Below, piece after piece: positions 1-15,758 of a stretch of 64,000 nucleotides of DNA (position 1 is its first letter; each line of letters begins with the position of its first letter). A program made the position numbers and the translations under genes. The notes below the pieces were generated by a model that did no database searches, was not told the DNA's origin, and saw only the letters and a program-made list of their open reading frames with translations. The DNA is from Macrostomum lignano (lineage: Eukaryota), in the NCBI GenBank assembly GCA_002269645.1, contig NIVC01000070.1:806001-870000 (forward strand), written 5' to 3'.

Positions 1-2066
1 TGCTGCAGGTGTACTCAGCCAGGAACTCGGACAGGCGGTCTCGCTGCCAGAAAATGTTTCCCCCGTTGGGAAATGTGATGTAGGCGCGGTTGCCACGGAA
101 GTCGTCCAAACGAAGGGACGGTGCGCCCTTCGACTCCAGATACGTTTGAAGCGGAATCGCAACGCCACACTGTTCACTGCCCAGGGCATGGAACGCCTTG
201 CAGACGGTGCGGATTAGACGCTGCGTGCCAGATTCAGCTTGGGACGGGCGGAAGCCAGGGAGGGCAGCAGATCCGACGGCCTCTGCAGCCATGCAAGTCT
301 CCCACTCGCGCAGCGCAGCTTCTGCGGCAGCAGCAAGATTTACAATCACATGCATGCCGCAGAACAGTGCAGTCACAGGTGGAGGTGGGTTCACGCCTTG
401 CTGGGTTGCCAGCTCCTGCCGCATCTCGTTGAGCAGTACGTTGAGGCACTTGTTGACCACGTGTCGGTCAGTCATTAGGAAGTTGACGCGTGCCAGTAGA
501 TTACACTTCAGGCGGCGTCTCTCTTCGTCGCTCGAGTGGGCAAGAACTACCGAGCAAAACAGATCGACCAGCTCTTCCACCGAGTAGTCCAGTTCGCGGG
601 CGTAGATGTTCGCGGTGCCACCCTCGACCTCGCGAAGAGAAACAGCCATCGGGCGGCTGTCCCCAGTGTCAACCTATGAATGGTGCATATGTAATACAAA
701 GCATATTGTGAATATAAAAGTTCATTCTTATTAACTAAAAGTTCTCTTTTTGTGAATATTAATAATAATAATTAATTATTAAATTCATTTCCTTCCTTTA
801 AGTCCAATTATTTGTCAATATGCACGAAAATGCATTACTCAAGTTTACCTGGTAGGCGGCATAGTGTCGGCCCTTCTTGCTGGTAGCATCATGCAAGATC
901 GTTATTGGTCGGTCCTCCTTTGCCCCCTGATGCAGCAGCTTCTCCATCGCGCTCGCCTTAGCTAGGCAGCTGCCAAGGCTGTAGCTCAAAGCACTGACCT
1001 GCGAACGCGACGGAAGCGCCAAGTTGCCGGCGTCGATGCCAACGAGGTCCGTGAGGACGCGTCGAATCGCTGGCTTGACGTGCTGCACAGGGACGTGGCA
1101 GTCCAGCACCAAGTGCATACAGGTGCTGATGACCTGGTTCGTGTACTGCTGTCCTCCACTCGGACGTGATGTCTTGGTGATGATGGAGCCCACACTCTGC
1201 TGTTGAAGCTTCTCGTTTGCTTCACAGATGAGGCCGTGCAAACTGCGGGTATCGGCTCTGAGCTCCTTCACTCTCTCAGTGGCGAGCTGACTTGACTTGC
1301 TACGGCTGTTGGCACGCCTCAAGCGCAGGTCACGCCTACGGCTGGCAGATGATGCAAAGGCCTGCCGCTTGGCATGCTCAGCACGCAGCTTGTCGTATCT
1401 GCCTTGTAGCCGTCTGAGACGCTGATTCCAGACGCGAATTTCAGGCCGCTTGGCTAGCTTAGCCCTCAGTCGCCGGACTTCAGCTTTCTGCTCGGCCAGG
1501 GCGGCCTTCAGCTGCGCAACTTTGGCTTTGGCCTTGTGAACTCGCAGATCAACAATGGCTGCCTCGATGCCGATCTTCTCTTCGACAGAGACACTCATGC
1601 CAGACTGCTTCGATTGGTCAAGCCTTGCTGGAGTCGGTGAGTTCGAGGCCATTGGCATTGGTGATGTTGACAAAGGCACAATCGGCATTGCCATTGGGTT
1701 CAACAGCTGTTGCAATGCCGCTGGAGGTTCGAATTCTCGTGCCAAATGGGCCTCATATGTCGAGATGCCATCACCAGACGCAGCCTCACGAGTGTGACTC
1801 TTCAGCAGAATTTGGGCTTCTCTCTCTAAATCCTTAATCCTTTTCAGGAGTGCCTTCTTCAGATTGTCAGAGACAAACTCCATCAAGTGAGAAGGTAGCC
1901 CAACCAGTTTCAGAATCGGCTGGGCCTTGTCAAGTCCTGTATGGGCCTGGCTGCTGGACTTGAGATGAGTAATCACCTGGCCATTGGTGACTGGGCGAAT
2001 GGATGATCTGGACCTGCCACGAAGCCGAAGGTTGGGCTTGGTCTTGGGTGTGGAGGATGTGGCCAT
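1..2066 (-). CDS. DDE-type (RNase H fold, hAT-like) DNA transposase, 2 exons (2066-849, 673-<1), truncated by window edge
   Basis: Exon 1 (406 codons) ends ...TILHDATSKKGRHYAAYQ|GT. A 175-nt phase-0 intron (848-674) is followed by a stop-free exon 2: VDTGDSRPMAVSLREV...FLMTDRHVVNK...FCGMHVIVNL...GTQRLIRTVCKAF...FRGNR. First D, second D and a CxxH motif are typical of hAT/MULE/P-type transposases. Confidence 0.75.
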
Positions 2067-2951
2067 AGATAGTATTGTTTAGTCAGTCAGTACTCCAGTA
2101 GTCTACTCCAGTGGCAGCTGGAATGGTAACATATTGATTGACTTACTGAGTTACTCAGGTGATTCAGTGCCAAATAAGTATGAATATGTCTCATTATCAA
2201 TAATGAGACATATAATTTATGTCTCAGTTATCAATAGTTTATAATATATTTGTAATATTTATAATAATATAAATAAACTTATAATATATTATTTATTATG
2301 ATACATTTAATTTTAATTTATAATAATATAATAAATATAATTTATTATGTTTTTTAAATTTAGTATAATAAATTTATAATAATTTATCAATAAAATCAAA
2401 TTGTAGCTTTAAAAAGCATATGTATTGCCCCCGTGACCACACACAGTTATCATTTTTCCTATACTTAGTGCAAAATAACTTAAGAAGAAAGGACACCACT
2501 GACTTGCCTTGTACATAGCAAGCAAGGCAAGAAAAAAAGCAAAAAAATGACACCAAGAACAGCAAAATTGGTAATACAAAACGAAAGTTCTTGCTGGTCA
2601 ACCACGAAAAAAACAAATATTTTGGAAAAAATGATCACAGCCCATAATGCAAATATCCCATAAGAGAATCCGCAAAAAATGGTCACTAAAATGGCCACAA
2701 CTTTCTTATTCCTTTACCAAATCTAATAATATAATACTTTTTGCAAACAAGAAAGTAAGATCTATCAGATAAGCATAAAAAATCTGTCAGACTTTTAACT
2801 TTCAAAATCTCACTGGAGTCCCTAACTATGACTATCTTATTAAGGCAATAAGGATGTTCAATCTGTTCAGGATGTCCTGCTGCTCACCTTGTAGGGTCCA
2901 TTCAGGCAAGGTCAGCCTGTCAGGCCCAAACCCATTGATACATAGACTGCT

Positions 2952-3385
2952 GGCGATCCTACAGTTTTCTGCTTTTAATTATTTTTCGGCTTTTCCGAGT
3001 GATCACTGACCAGTGGGCTGCCTATAATCAACTGGCCAATCATGTGACCATTAATCACTCTATCTGGTTTGTTGACCCCAATGATCCTACCATCTATACA
3101 AACACCATTGAGGATACATGGGCCAACTGCAAGGCCAAGTACCAGGCAATGCATGGTACTGCAAATGGCCTGTTCGAGATGTACCTCCAAGAGTTTTTAT
3201 GGCGCTAGCTATTTCAAGAGCGCCAATTCGGGAACATGTTGTATTGGATACACCATTATTATCCATGTTAACTGTTGTGACTATTATGAGTAACTATTAT
3301 ATAAGTTTATCATCATTTCTTATTCCTGCTGTGCCTGCCGTAATTTTTCGAAAAATAATTAAAAGTGGAAAACTGTAGGATCGCC
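2952..3385 (+). mobile_element. Internally deleted Merlin (IS1595/ISXO2-like) DNA transposon
   Basis: 37-bp TIRs GGCGATCCTACAGTTTTC(TG/CA)CTTTTAATTATTTTTCG with 2 mismatches; degenerate 8-bp TSD AGACTGCT/GGACTGCC. Internal ORF 2999-3208 (TDQWAAYNQL..H.TINHS..FVDP...TNTIEDTW..K...YLQEFLWR) matches the C-terminal part of Merlin/IS1016 transposases. Confidence 0.85.
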
Positions 3386-5349
3386 GGACTGCCTGCTAGG
3401 CCTATGCAACACTAGGGTGCCCAACACTGCCAACAGAGCGGACTTTGTTCACTCCCAGGCTTTGCGGCGCACTATCTGAGATCTGACACGCCCTGCTCTA
3501 ACTGTGACTGTGCATGTGGGGTTGTATAGGCCTAGGCCTATTTTGTTGTAGTTGTTGTTATTACCTAGTATTACCTAGTAAAAATATTATTTAGGCAAAT
3601 TGAGCTCTCCAAGCTTCTGGCAATAGCACTGTAGTGTAGTAATACTAACTAGGCTTTATATGTTTAGGAAAATGTTTTATAGATTAATAATACTATATAC
3701 TATATTAGGCCCCCTACTATAGTTATAAGTCATACTCATATAGTCAGTCAGAGTGTCAGACAGACTTGACTTAGTAATTAAGTCATAGATTAAGATTAAT
3801 TTTTCTTTCTGTTTCGGACAAATACGGAGTTAAAATTAACTTTTTTAAATAAAGGACTGTACACTATTTTTGCACATGTACTGTACTGTTACGTTTGTGA
3901 ATGGCAGACTGGACATCTCCCGTGTTTAAGATTAGGCCGAACGTGTACTTTGCCTTAGTAGTAGTAGTAGTAGAGATTGATTTGATTTCTAATTACGATT
4001 TTTTAAAAATATAGCAAATATTCCACCGCAATATAACTAAAACTCCTCTATACGAGCTGTAAAGTAATAAAAATTTTTACTCTTTTTTTAACTACGAGAA
4101 ATATGCATACCGCAATATTTTCAAAAAGAAACCTACACTCTGTGTATACACGCATGCTGTACAATGGTACTGTAACGTGCCGTTCGTTCATCGATAACTA
4201 GAGCTCTCATGGTAAGTCCAAAGCATTCCTATACCAAATACATAAAATAAATTAAAAAACGGGCAATACGCAATACTACTGATACTATTTAAGCGCTTCC
4301 AGAATAATTTTAGGAGTTTATTATATAATCTTGTGAAATCGACAATAGGGGAATTAAGAGTTGTAGATTCTCGCGCATTTACATAAGCACGACTCCAGGT
4401 AGATCAATGGTGCTTGTTGTAATAGTTTTAATGCAAGTGCGTGTAAATGACTAGGTCGTCCTTAAAGTGAATTAGCATTTTAATTATGCTTATAGTAGTT
4501 CAGCCACAGTAAAATCTGCCAAAAATTCTTACTTTCTTAGTCGACTAAGAAAGTAGTGACTTAGTGACTGCCCCCCTCTCTAAGGTCTTCAGCCTCCCGC
4601 AAATAATTCTGCGGATGTTTCCCGGTATTTAAAAGAAGTTATTCAAGCAAATGCAAACGATGTGTTTCCTCAAGTTATTTTTGGCTCGTTAGATTTTATA
4701 TATTAATTGTTTTTAGGGCGATTCTATTAAATGTTTTTTGTTTTTTCTACATACATATTTCTGTTTTAAAAAAAGAGAAAATCGAACAGGATAGAAAGAC
4801 CTAGTGTAATAATTTTCTAAAATTAAATTAGCTAAATTTGTCATTTCACTGACTGGCATGTTGTTTCCTGTATTGTACTGTAGTTATAACCTGGTTATAA
4901 TCTCCACAAAGACAACCGGCTTATTATTGGTAGTTCTATCATTTTATTAACGCATTTAAACAAAATACATAGGTAATTTTATTCAAAGAAGCAATTAAGG
5001 GTTCAGATAAAATAAAATTTTACAATGCTGTATACAGGTTACGCAATCAAAAATAGATTCGGGTGATGAAATTGCACTCTAAAACGCAAAGCATTTAATA
5101 CAAATTATGTTAAATCGATTTGGTCGATAACAACCAGCAAAGATCTAAGAGCAAAGCCGATCTATAATGGAAACAGCGGCCACAAGCTCGCGCTGGGAAG
5201 TTTTGAATGTAAACAGCAAATTTGATCGCTCACTTGCAATTTCTTTCTAACAATAGGCGTCGATTTATACTACTCAAAGTGACTATCTGATAGTAGTATA
5301 GACATAGTGACAATTTATATTGAATTCTCAGGAATTCTTCTCTACCCAT

Positions 5350-9321
<3,972 letters not shown>

Positions 9322-10593
9322 GCTCCACACTTTCTACTTGTCAGTAGGCAAAATCTCAAGCGGAGCTATAACTGGCTTCAGCTCTTTTATACTTAAATCT
9401 ATTTTTTAAGGATAATTTACTGTTTTCTGTACTAATAGTAGAGTATTTTCTAAATATGAATCAATTTTTCAACGACTTGTGGGACTGGACTCCGCTAAGC
9501 TTTAGTGTATACGATAGATACTAGAATAACTGGATTGTCCACTCAGGCATATACTTAGCAAAACAGCTTTCTACTTCAGTTCAGTAGCAAAGAAGAATAC
9601 ATAAGCTATTTTTATAGAAATAAAGGCAGCTGAAATGACTTTGATAAGTTTAGAAGCCCAAAAGCTTGCAGGCGTAAACAACTTGCTAATTGGTTCAGCA
9701 GTAATGTACATTAGCCAGTCCACTGAAATGTACATGGCAGCTTTAGGTTGGAATTCCGAGAAGTCAATAAAAATTGGGGCGGGGCGAGGGGGGGGGGTAG
9801 AGTGGAAAGGCGCAATTGGAGAGTATAAGCTGGGGGATAAGACCCAATAAATGAGCCTCGGCTTTAAAAATAACTCGTTCATCTAAATGCTGCAGTTTAA
9901 CCTACTACTGAACTGAAAGTAGCTTACACGCAAATGTGCTGCGTGGCCCATCGTTATTCTAGTATCTGGGGCATGTATAATACTATATATATGTATTTAG
10001 CTAAATAATAATTAATCAATTATTAACACAATTAAGTGAATTTTTTCAAAAGGACGCCACTTCATGCGCGCAAGAGTATATTTAAGCGAATTTTGTAGCT
10101 AAATATTAAACCATGCTAGCCATGCCGGATATGTACAGCTAACTGTTACAGTGCGTCACGCTATTTTAACTACAGTAATTTAAAAAAGACAGGACAAAGG
10201 AAAAGAAATATCCTTTTTCTGTTTAAAACGCGAGACAAGGACAGCTTCAATATAAACATCGAAGTCGAATTTCGAATCGAAGGTCGAAAGTCGACTGCAG
10301 ATTGGTACTTCTCGTTTCTGAAATTGACAGACATTGGGGTTTGGGATGCCAGTGCGAGAAAATTGCGTAATCATTTTTACGTACTTATAGTTTACTGTGT
10401 ATGCGGAATAAGTAAGACGCGCGAGTCCCAGCGTTTTTTTCAAGTACAACATAAACTTTACAGTTTTTTATTGAAAATCTTATTTATTAGCGCCAAGGAC
10501 ACGCAATTATCTGCATCAACCGAACAGACAAACCTCACCACACCGAGTTCAACACTCAATTCAACTGTCAAAAGTTTTTTTTCAATTAAAAAA

Positions 10594-11076
10594 ACTAACT
10601 GACTAACTAACTAACTGACTAACTAACTAACTAACTGACTAACTAGCTAACTAACTAACTAACTGACTAACTAACTAACTAACTGACTAACTAGCTAACT
10701 AACTAACTAACTAACTAACAAGCTAACTAACTAACTAACTAACTAGCTAACTAACTAACTAACTAACTAACTGACTAACTGACTAACTAACTAACTAACT
10801 AACTAACTGACTAACTAACTGACTAACTAGCTAACTAACTAACTAACTGACTAACTAGCTAACTAACTAACTAACTGACTAACTAACTAACTAACTGACT
10901 AACTAGCTAACAACTAACTAACTAACTAACTAGCTAACTAACTAGCTAACTAACTAACTAACTAACTAACTGACTAACTGACTAACTAGCTAACTAACTA
11001 ACTAACTAACTAACTAGCTAACTAACTAACTAACTAACTGACTAACTAGCTAACAACTAACTAACTAACTAACTAG

Positions 11077-11107
<31 letters not shown>

Positions 11108-11164
11108 GCTAACTAACTAACTAACTGACTAACTAGCTAACTAACTAACTAACTAACTAGCTAG

Positions 11165-11195
<31 letters not shown>

Positions 11196-11200
11196 GCTAG

Positions 11201-11239
<39 letters not shown>

Positions 11240-11303
11240 GCTAGCTAACTAACTAACTAACTAACTAACTAACTGACTAACTAACTAACTAGCTAAATAA
11301 CTA
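10594..11303. repeat. (CTAA)n microsatellite with CTGA/CTAG variants
   Basis: Direct inspection; lies downstream of the SART1 stop codon. Confidence 0.95.
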
Positions 11304-11510
11304 AAGAAACCAAGCAAAAAACTAACGAATCTATGTTGAAAGTTCAAAGAATGCATCGTTCGGCTGGAGAAAAAAAAGCATCGAGGGCAGTTTCATCATT
11401 AATGTCATTTTGACCCGTCAAGTCTAACAAAGCGTCTCAGTACTCGTACAAGCTACAGCAGCAACTGTTCAAGAGTTTACCAGATTAGATTGGCTAGTTT
11501 GTTAATGCCG

Positions 11511-13928
11511 TCATTTCGACACACCGGACGGTAGCGAGGCAGCAGCGGCCCGGCCACTCAGGCACACGTAGGCCGTGCCCTGCCGCTCCAGCTTGGCGTG
11601 CAGCTTCTCGGCCGTGCCCAGCGGCGTGTCCGAGCTGCCCATCGACTTCAGCAGCTCCTCTTCTTTAATCTTCTTCAAGCGTTTCTCAGTTTTCTTCTTG
11701 CCGCTACCCTTGCCGTGGAATCGATGGCTGAGATAGTCGAACGCATCTTTCTGGTTCAACACTCGACCGTCATCATCAGTGTACTCCAGCTTCACGTCAG
11801 GCTTGTAGTTTCTCAACTCTTTGAACTCCTGAACTCCGCCGCCGCCGCCGCCGCCGCCGAAGCTCAGCCGATCGCGCCGACCAAATTTAGCATCGATATC
11901 GTCGTGTCGTAGGTCCTCTTGGAACACTTTCTTAGCCCGAAGGCCCGACACTCCGCTTGAGCCGGCAGCGGTGTCGCGGCGCCCGCCGGAGCTCTCCAGG
12001 TAGCCCTTGCGCCTGGCCAGTTCCAGCGCCGCCCCAATGCCGCCTTTGCGCAGCTCCGGCTCCTCCTCGAGGATGCCGCCAGCACCGCCGCCGCCGGCTT
12101 GCTCCGCGTCCGACACGTCCATGCTGTCTTCATCGTCAGCTGCTGTCCGTCTTCGATACTGCTCACGAGAAGGCTGCTGCTGCTGCTGCTGTTGCCGCAT
12201 CGCAGACTCCGGATCAACCTCCATCCAGGTGCCAACCTGCTGCTGCTTGCGCCGACCATAAATGCTGTAGTCGTCCTCTAAGCCGTCCTCATCGTCGCCA
12301 GCATCGACATCCGCGGCTGCTGCCGAAGCTTCAAACGATGCGGCCTCGGCGGCATCGGCCACCGCTGCTCTGGCCTCAGCCTGGGCCACCGCAACAGCTG
12401 TAGCAGCTTTGGAGGCGTCGCCAAGACTTCGGCAAAACTCGGCAGTGGTGTCAAACACCATGCCGGAGGAAGCCGACGGTAAGCCGCTGCTGTCCTCTTC
12501 TTGGTCCTGTTTGTCACGTCGATTCACCACTGGCAGCTGCCTGGGCCGCCTCCTGCCGTCCTGCTGTTGAACTCGGCGAGCCCGTTCCAACAGCAGCTGC
12601 AAATCTTCGAGAGCTTCATCAGCCACGGAGGGAGTCTGCTCAATGATTTCGGCATCAGTCAGGCCCGGCATTGTTGGAGCTTCATCGACTAATTCTCCCT
12701 CCTCTTGGCGACCTTTGCTGGCCTCCTCATCGTCTACTAGGGGCAGCAAATCGTCCGCTTTCAGCATGCGCGATTTCGGCACTTTACGCTTGCGCCGTTT
12801 AAACTTGGCGGCTTCGGCCACCTCGGCAGCTGACAGATAGTCGGCCGCCAGCTTCAGCTCCGATGGACCGTCCAGCGAGACCGACGCGGCAGCCACGGCG
12901 TCTCTGGCCAGCGCCGCTGCCGACTTTGCAGCCGGAGCCTCCGTCTCACCGCCAGCGAGCACGAATGCCCTCTTCCTCGAGGCCGAGTCCGCTGCAATCA
13001 CAGAGTCGTACTTGGCCAACACTGACGGCCCCGCCCCTCCGAGTTCATCATCTTCATCGTCTAATCCAGCCTCTCCCTCCAGACCGGCGTTGGCGGCGTG
13101 CCAAGCTGAGCCTACCTGGGCTCGATTCCTGACATTCTCAGCGTGCCGCTCGTCATCAACCATGTTGACATTGATCAGCGTCTCCGCCGCATCGTCATCG
13201 TTGCTGTCCAACACTCCGCGATCCTGCAGCACCAGCACGGTGGTCTGGCCTTCTTTGAACTTTTTGGCCGAGTGCGCCACCCGGAGGCCGGCCAGATCGT
13301 TGCTAGAATAAGCCGACGAAGCCACGTCAGCTTCGACCAGCCGGCTGACATCGAACTCGGCGTCCAGCTCAGCCAGCTCCTTGGCTCGCTGCTCAGCCAT
13401 TCGACGCTCGGCCTCGAGATTCCTGCTGCGCTCAATCCAGGCGGCAGCGGGCAGGTCTTTGTCCTCCTCGTCGCTGTCGTCACCGAGCCCGCGGAGTCGA
13501 GTCAATTTCTCACGCATCTCGCGTTTCTGCCTGCCTATCAGGGTTCGCTCTTGAACTTTGGCGGAGTGCTTAGCCTGGGTCAAACTCTTCGCCGGAGCGT
13601 GCAGGAAATTCGTTGACGAAGATCCCGGCTTCGCCTTAGGATCCGAGGCCGAAGAGTTAACCTCGAGAGGCTTCAGGCCGAGCTTAGCTCGCAACTTGTT
13701 CGTCTCTTCGATGCTCAACGAGATCACATCGCCGCTGCTCTGCTGCTCTTCCTCATCCTGCTGATGCTGCGGCTGTTTCTGCTGGCGCCGACTGGACGAG
13801 CTTGAGGAAGCCTGAGCCTGACTAGAAGAAGACGGCGCTGGCGGCGGAGGAGCAGGCGATGCAGAGCGGGAACGCCTGCGGCGCTTTCGTTTCTCGCTTT
13901 TCTTACTACTGGTGTCGCCGGTGCCCAT
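11511..13928 (-). CDS. SART1: U4/U6.U5 tri-snRNP-associated protein 1 (Snu66), intronless, 805 aa
   Basis: HIND motif ISLSIEETNKLRAKLGLKPL; GLRVAHS..F.EG..TVLVLQDRGVLD..ETLINVNMVDDER; C-terminal YKPDVKLEYTDDDGRVLNQKDAFDYLSHRFHGKGSGKKKTEKRLKK...DTPLGT. Confidence 0.96.
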   Translation of the reverse strand: MGTGDTSSKKSEKRKRRRRSRSASPAPPPPAPSSSSQAQASSSSSSRRQQKQPQHQQDEEEQQSSGDVISLSIEETNKLRAKLGLKPLEVNSSASDPKAKPGSSSTNFLHAPAKSLTQAKHSAKVQERTLIGRQKREMREKLTRLRGLGDDSDEEDKDLPAAAWIERSRNLEAERRMAEQRAKELAELDAEFDVSRLVEADVASSAYSSNDLAGLRVAHSAKKFKEGQTTVLVLQDRGVLDSNDDDAAETLINVNMVDDERHAENVRNRAQVGSAWHAANAGLEGEAGLDDEDDELGGAGPSVLAKYDSVIAADSASRKRAFVLAGGETEAPAAKSAAALARDAVAAASVSLDGPSELKLAADYLSAAEVAEAAKFKRRKRKVPKSRMLKADDLLPLVDDEEASKGRQEEGELVDEAPTMPGLTDAEIIEQTPSVADEALEDLQLLLERARRVQQQDGRRRPRQLPVVNRRDKQDQEEDSSGLPSASSGMVFDTTAEFCRSLGDASKAATAVAVAQAEARAAVADAAEAASFEASAAAADVDAGDDEDGLEDDYSIYGRRKQQQVGTWMEVDPESAMRQQQQQQQPSREQYRRRTAADDEDSMDVSDAEQAGGGGAGGILEEEPELRKGGIGAALELARRKGYLESSGGRRDTAAGSSGVSGLRAKKVFQEDLRHDDIDAKFGRRDRLSFGGGGGGGGVQEFKELRNYKPDVKLEYTDDDGRVLNQKDAFDYLSHRFHGKGSGKKKTEKRLKKIKEEELLKSMGSSDTPLGTAEKLHAKLERQGTAYVCLSGRAAAASLPSGVSK

Positions 13929-14071
13929 GGCTGTCTGGCAGAAATATTGGAATCAATAAATGCATACATGTATTTTTATGTGTGGCCTCTTTTATTAATA
14001 TGATTAGCGTTAGTCTTAGTCCATCGATGTTCACAACCCTATATAATAGCAATAATAATAATAATAATTGA

Positions 14072-14363
14072 TTACACCTGCCCCAATTGGGCCAGATGTG
14101 CAACCGACAGCTTAGCCGCAGCTATTGCGAGGCGCATCTGAAGGCTGCGTACGGCTGTTCAGTCCAAGAATCGGGAGGGGGGTCGCCACGCACCCTTCCT
14201 TAACTATCCCAGCTAATGCTGGCACACATTTTACAGCTAGGTGAACTGAAGCACTGCAGAATTAAATGTTTTGTTTAAGGACACAAATTTTTCCAGTGGG
14301 TTAGGAAATCGAACCCCCGACCTTCAAGTCGTGAGTCCGACGCTCTTACCACTAGGCTGCAAC
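14072..14363 (-). mobile_element. tRNA-derived SINE, family A (CORE-like body), near full length
   Basis: Minus-strand head GTTGCAGCCTAGTGGTAAGAGCGTCGGACTC...GGTTCGATTTCC carries A and B boxes. Body TCCTTAAACAAAAC...CTTCAGTTCACCTAGCTGTAAAATG resembles the CORE domain; (ATT)n nearby at the 3' end. Three more copies in window. Confidence 0.8.
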
Positions 14364-15062
14364 CCATGTTAAATCCTATCCTATATACATACTAACTACT
14401 CATCTTGAAAGTAATTACGGAATATTTTTTATATACGAGCGTAGAATATGAAAGAAATCAGTAAAAATGATCAACAAATATTTTTCCAAATAAAAGGTAT
14501 TAACGTTTCGCCAAAATAAAACTTATATTTTTAATCTCTAAAGTCAGCGGTGAAAGACTCGAGGACAGAATAGACATTTTAAAAAGTATTGAAATGGAAA
14601 GCGACCAAACAGAAAATGCAAGTTGTCACAATGCAATTACAAATCATACTAAATCGATTATTTCTGGTAGGTCATACTTCTGGTACAAATTTGAAATGCG
14701 TACTTTTAATTTAATATTACTAAAGCTAAAGACAGCAAAGTAAAAAATAAAATGCATTATAGACAGACGTTGCTACGATAGCTACTTCAATAGCGATGAT
14801 AAATAAAACGAAAAAATGCATAGAGCAATAAAATCTTTTTCCCCATATGTATCGAAGAGACCAAACTTTATATAGCGTTATTATGCCGATATGTATCGAA
14901 AGTCAACTTAAGGGTATATCGAAGGTCAATGGAATGTCAACTTTATAAAGCGTACATTGCCATAGCCGATATGTATCGAAAGTCAACTTTACAAACCGTA
15001 TTTTGTCATATCCGATATGTATGGAAAGTAAACTTTATGATGAGTGAATTGCTACAGTTACA

Positions 15063-15559
15063 TCAGTGCGGATCGAACATAAACCCAGCGGGCGACGCGG
15101 CCGCCCGTTCCGCCTTGTCTCGGCGGTATTCAACGAACTGCAACACTCCGGCGACGGCAAATGCCAGACCGCTGGCCAGCAGGAAGGCCAGCCCAACTCC
15201 CCACACGTGCGGATGACTGAACGGTCGGACAATGAGCCACGTCAGCCATTTGTGCGGCTGGTCTGGCGGCCTGGGTGCTACTAATAGTAGCGAGTTTGGC
15301 ATGATAAAACCGAAGTCCTGTTGACGCCGATTGGGACCGTCCGCATCGCCTGGATCAATAAAAAATTGTTTCGATTCCTACTTTGAATTTATCCCTGCAA
15401 CTAGAAGGCAGGCAGACGCAGACTGAAAGACAGACAACTATTGGCAAATAAATGTTAAATATTGTCAACAGACACTGATACAGACAGACAGACAGCCATT
15501 CAGACACTGATACAGGCAGACAGACAGCCATACAGGCAGACAGCCATTCAGACACTGAT

Positions 15560-15590
<31 letters not shown>

Positions 15591-15727
15591 GCCATACAGA
15601 CACTGATACAGACAGACAGACAGCCATACAGACACTGATACAGACAGACAGACAGACAGACAGCCATACAGACACTGATACAGAGAGACAGACAGACAGA
15701 CAGCCAGACAGCCATACAGACACTGAT

Positions 15728-15758
<31 letters not shown>

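Larger units (their letters stand above)
1..3429 (-). mobile_element. Putative autonomous cut-and-paste transposon; one end tentatively at 3429
   Basis: Transposase ORF plus CAGTGTTGGGCAC (minus strand, 3429-3417), identical to the TIR of the MITE at 22450-23330. The other end lies outside the window, so the boundary is inferred. Confidence 0.45.

Noticed and set aside
9571-10602. Short ORFs between FGGY and SART1
   Set aside because: AT-rich, no recognisable motifs or splice support.
10594-11303. (TTAG)n on the minus strand and (TTAGTGTC)n at 47-48.8 kb as interstitial telomeres
   Set aside because: Neither matches TTAGGG/TTAGG; both are ordinary micro- or minisatellites.
11598-13764. Antisense and alternative-frame ORFs overlapping SART1
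   Set aside because: Expected shadows of a GC-rich coding sequence.
14290-14363. tRNA gene calls at the heads of SINE copies (also 37.7, 42.3, 44.5, 61.6 kb)
   Set aside because: A/B boxes are present, but the cloverleaf is degenerate and each is fused to a shared SINE body with no Pol III terminator.
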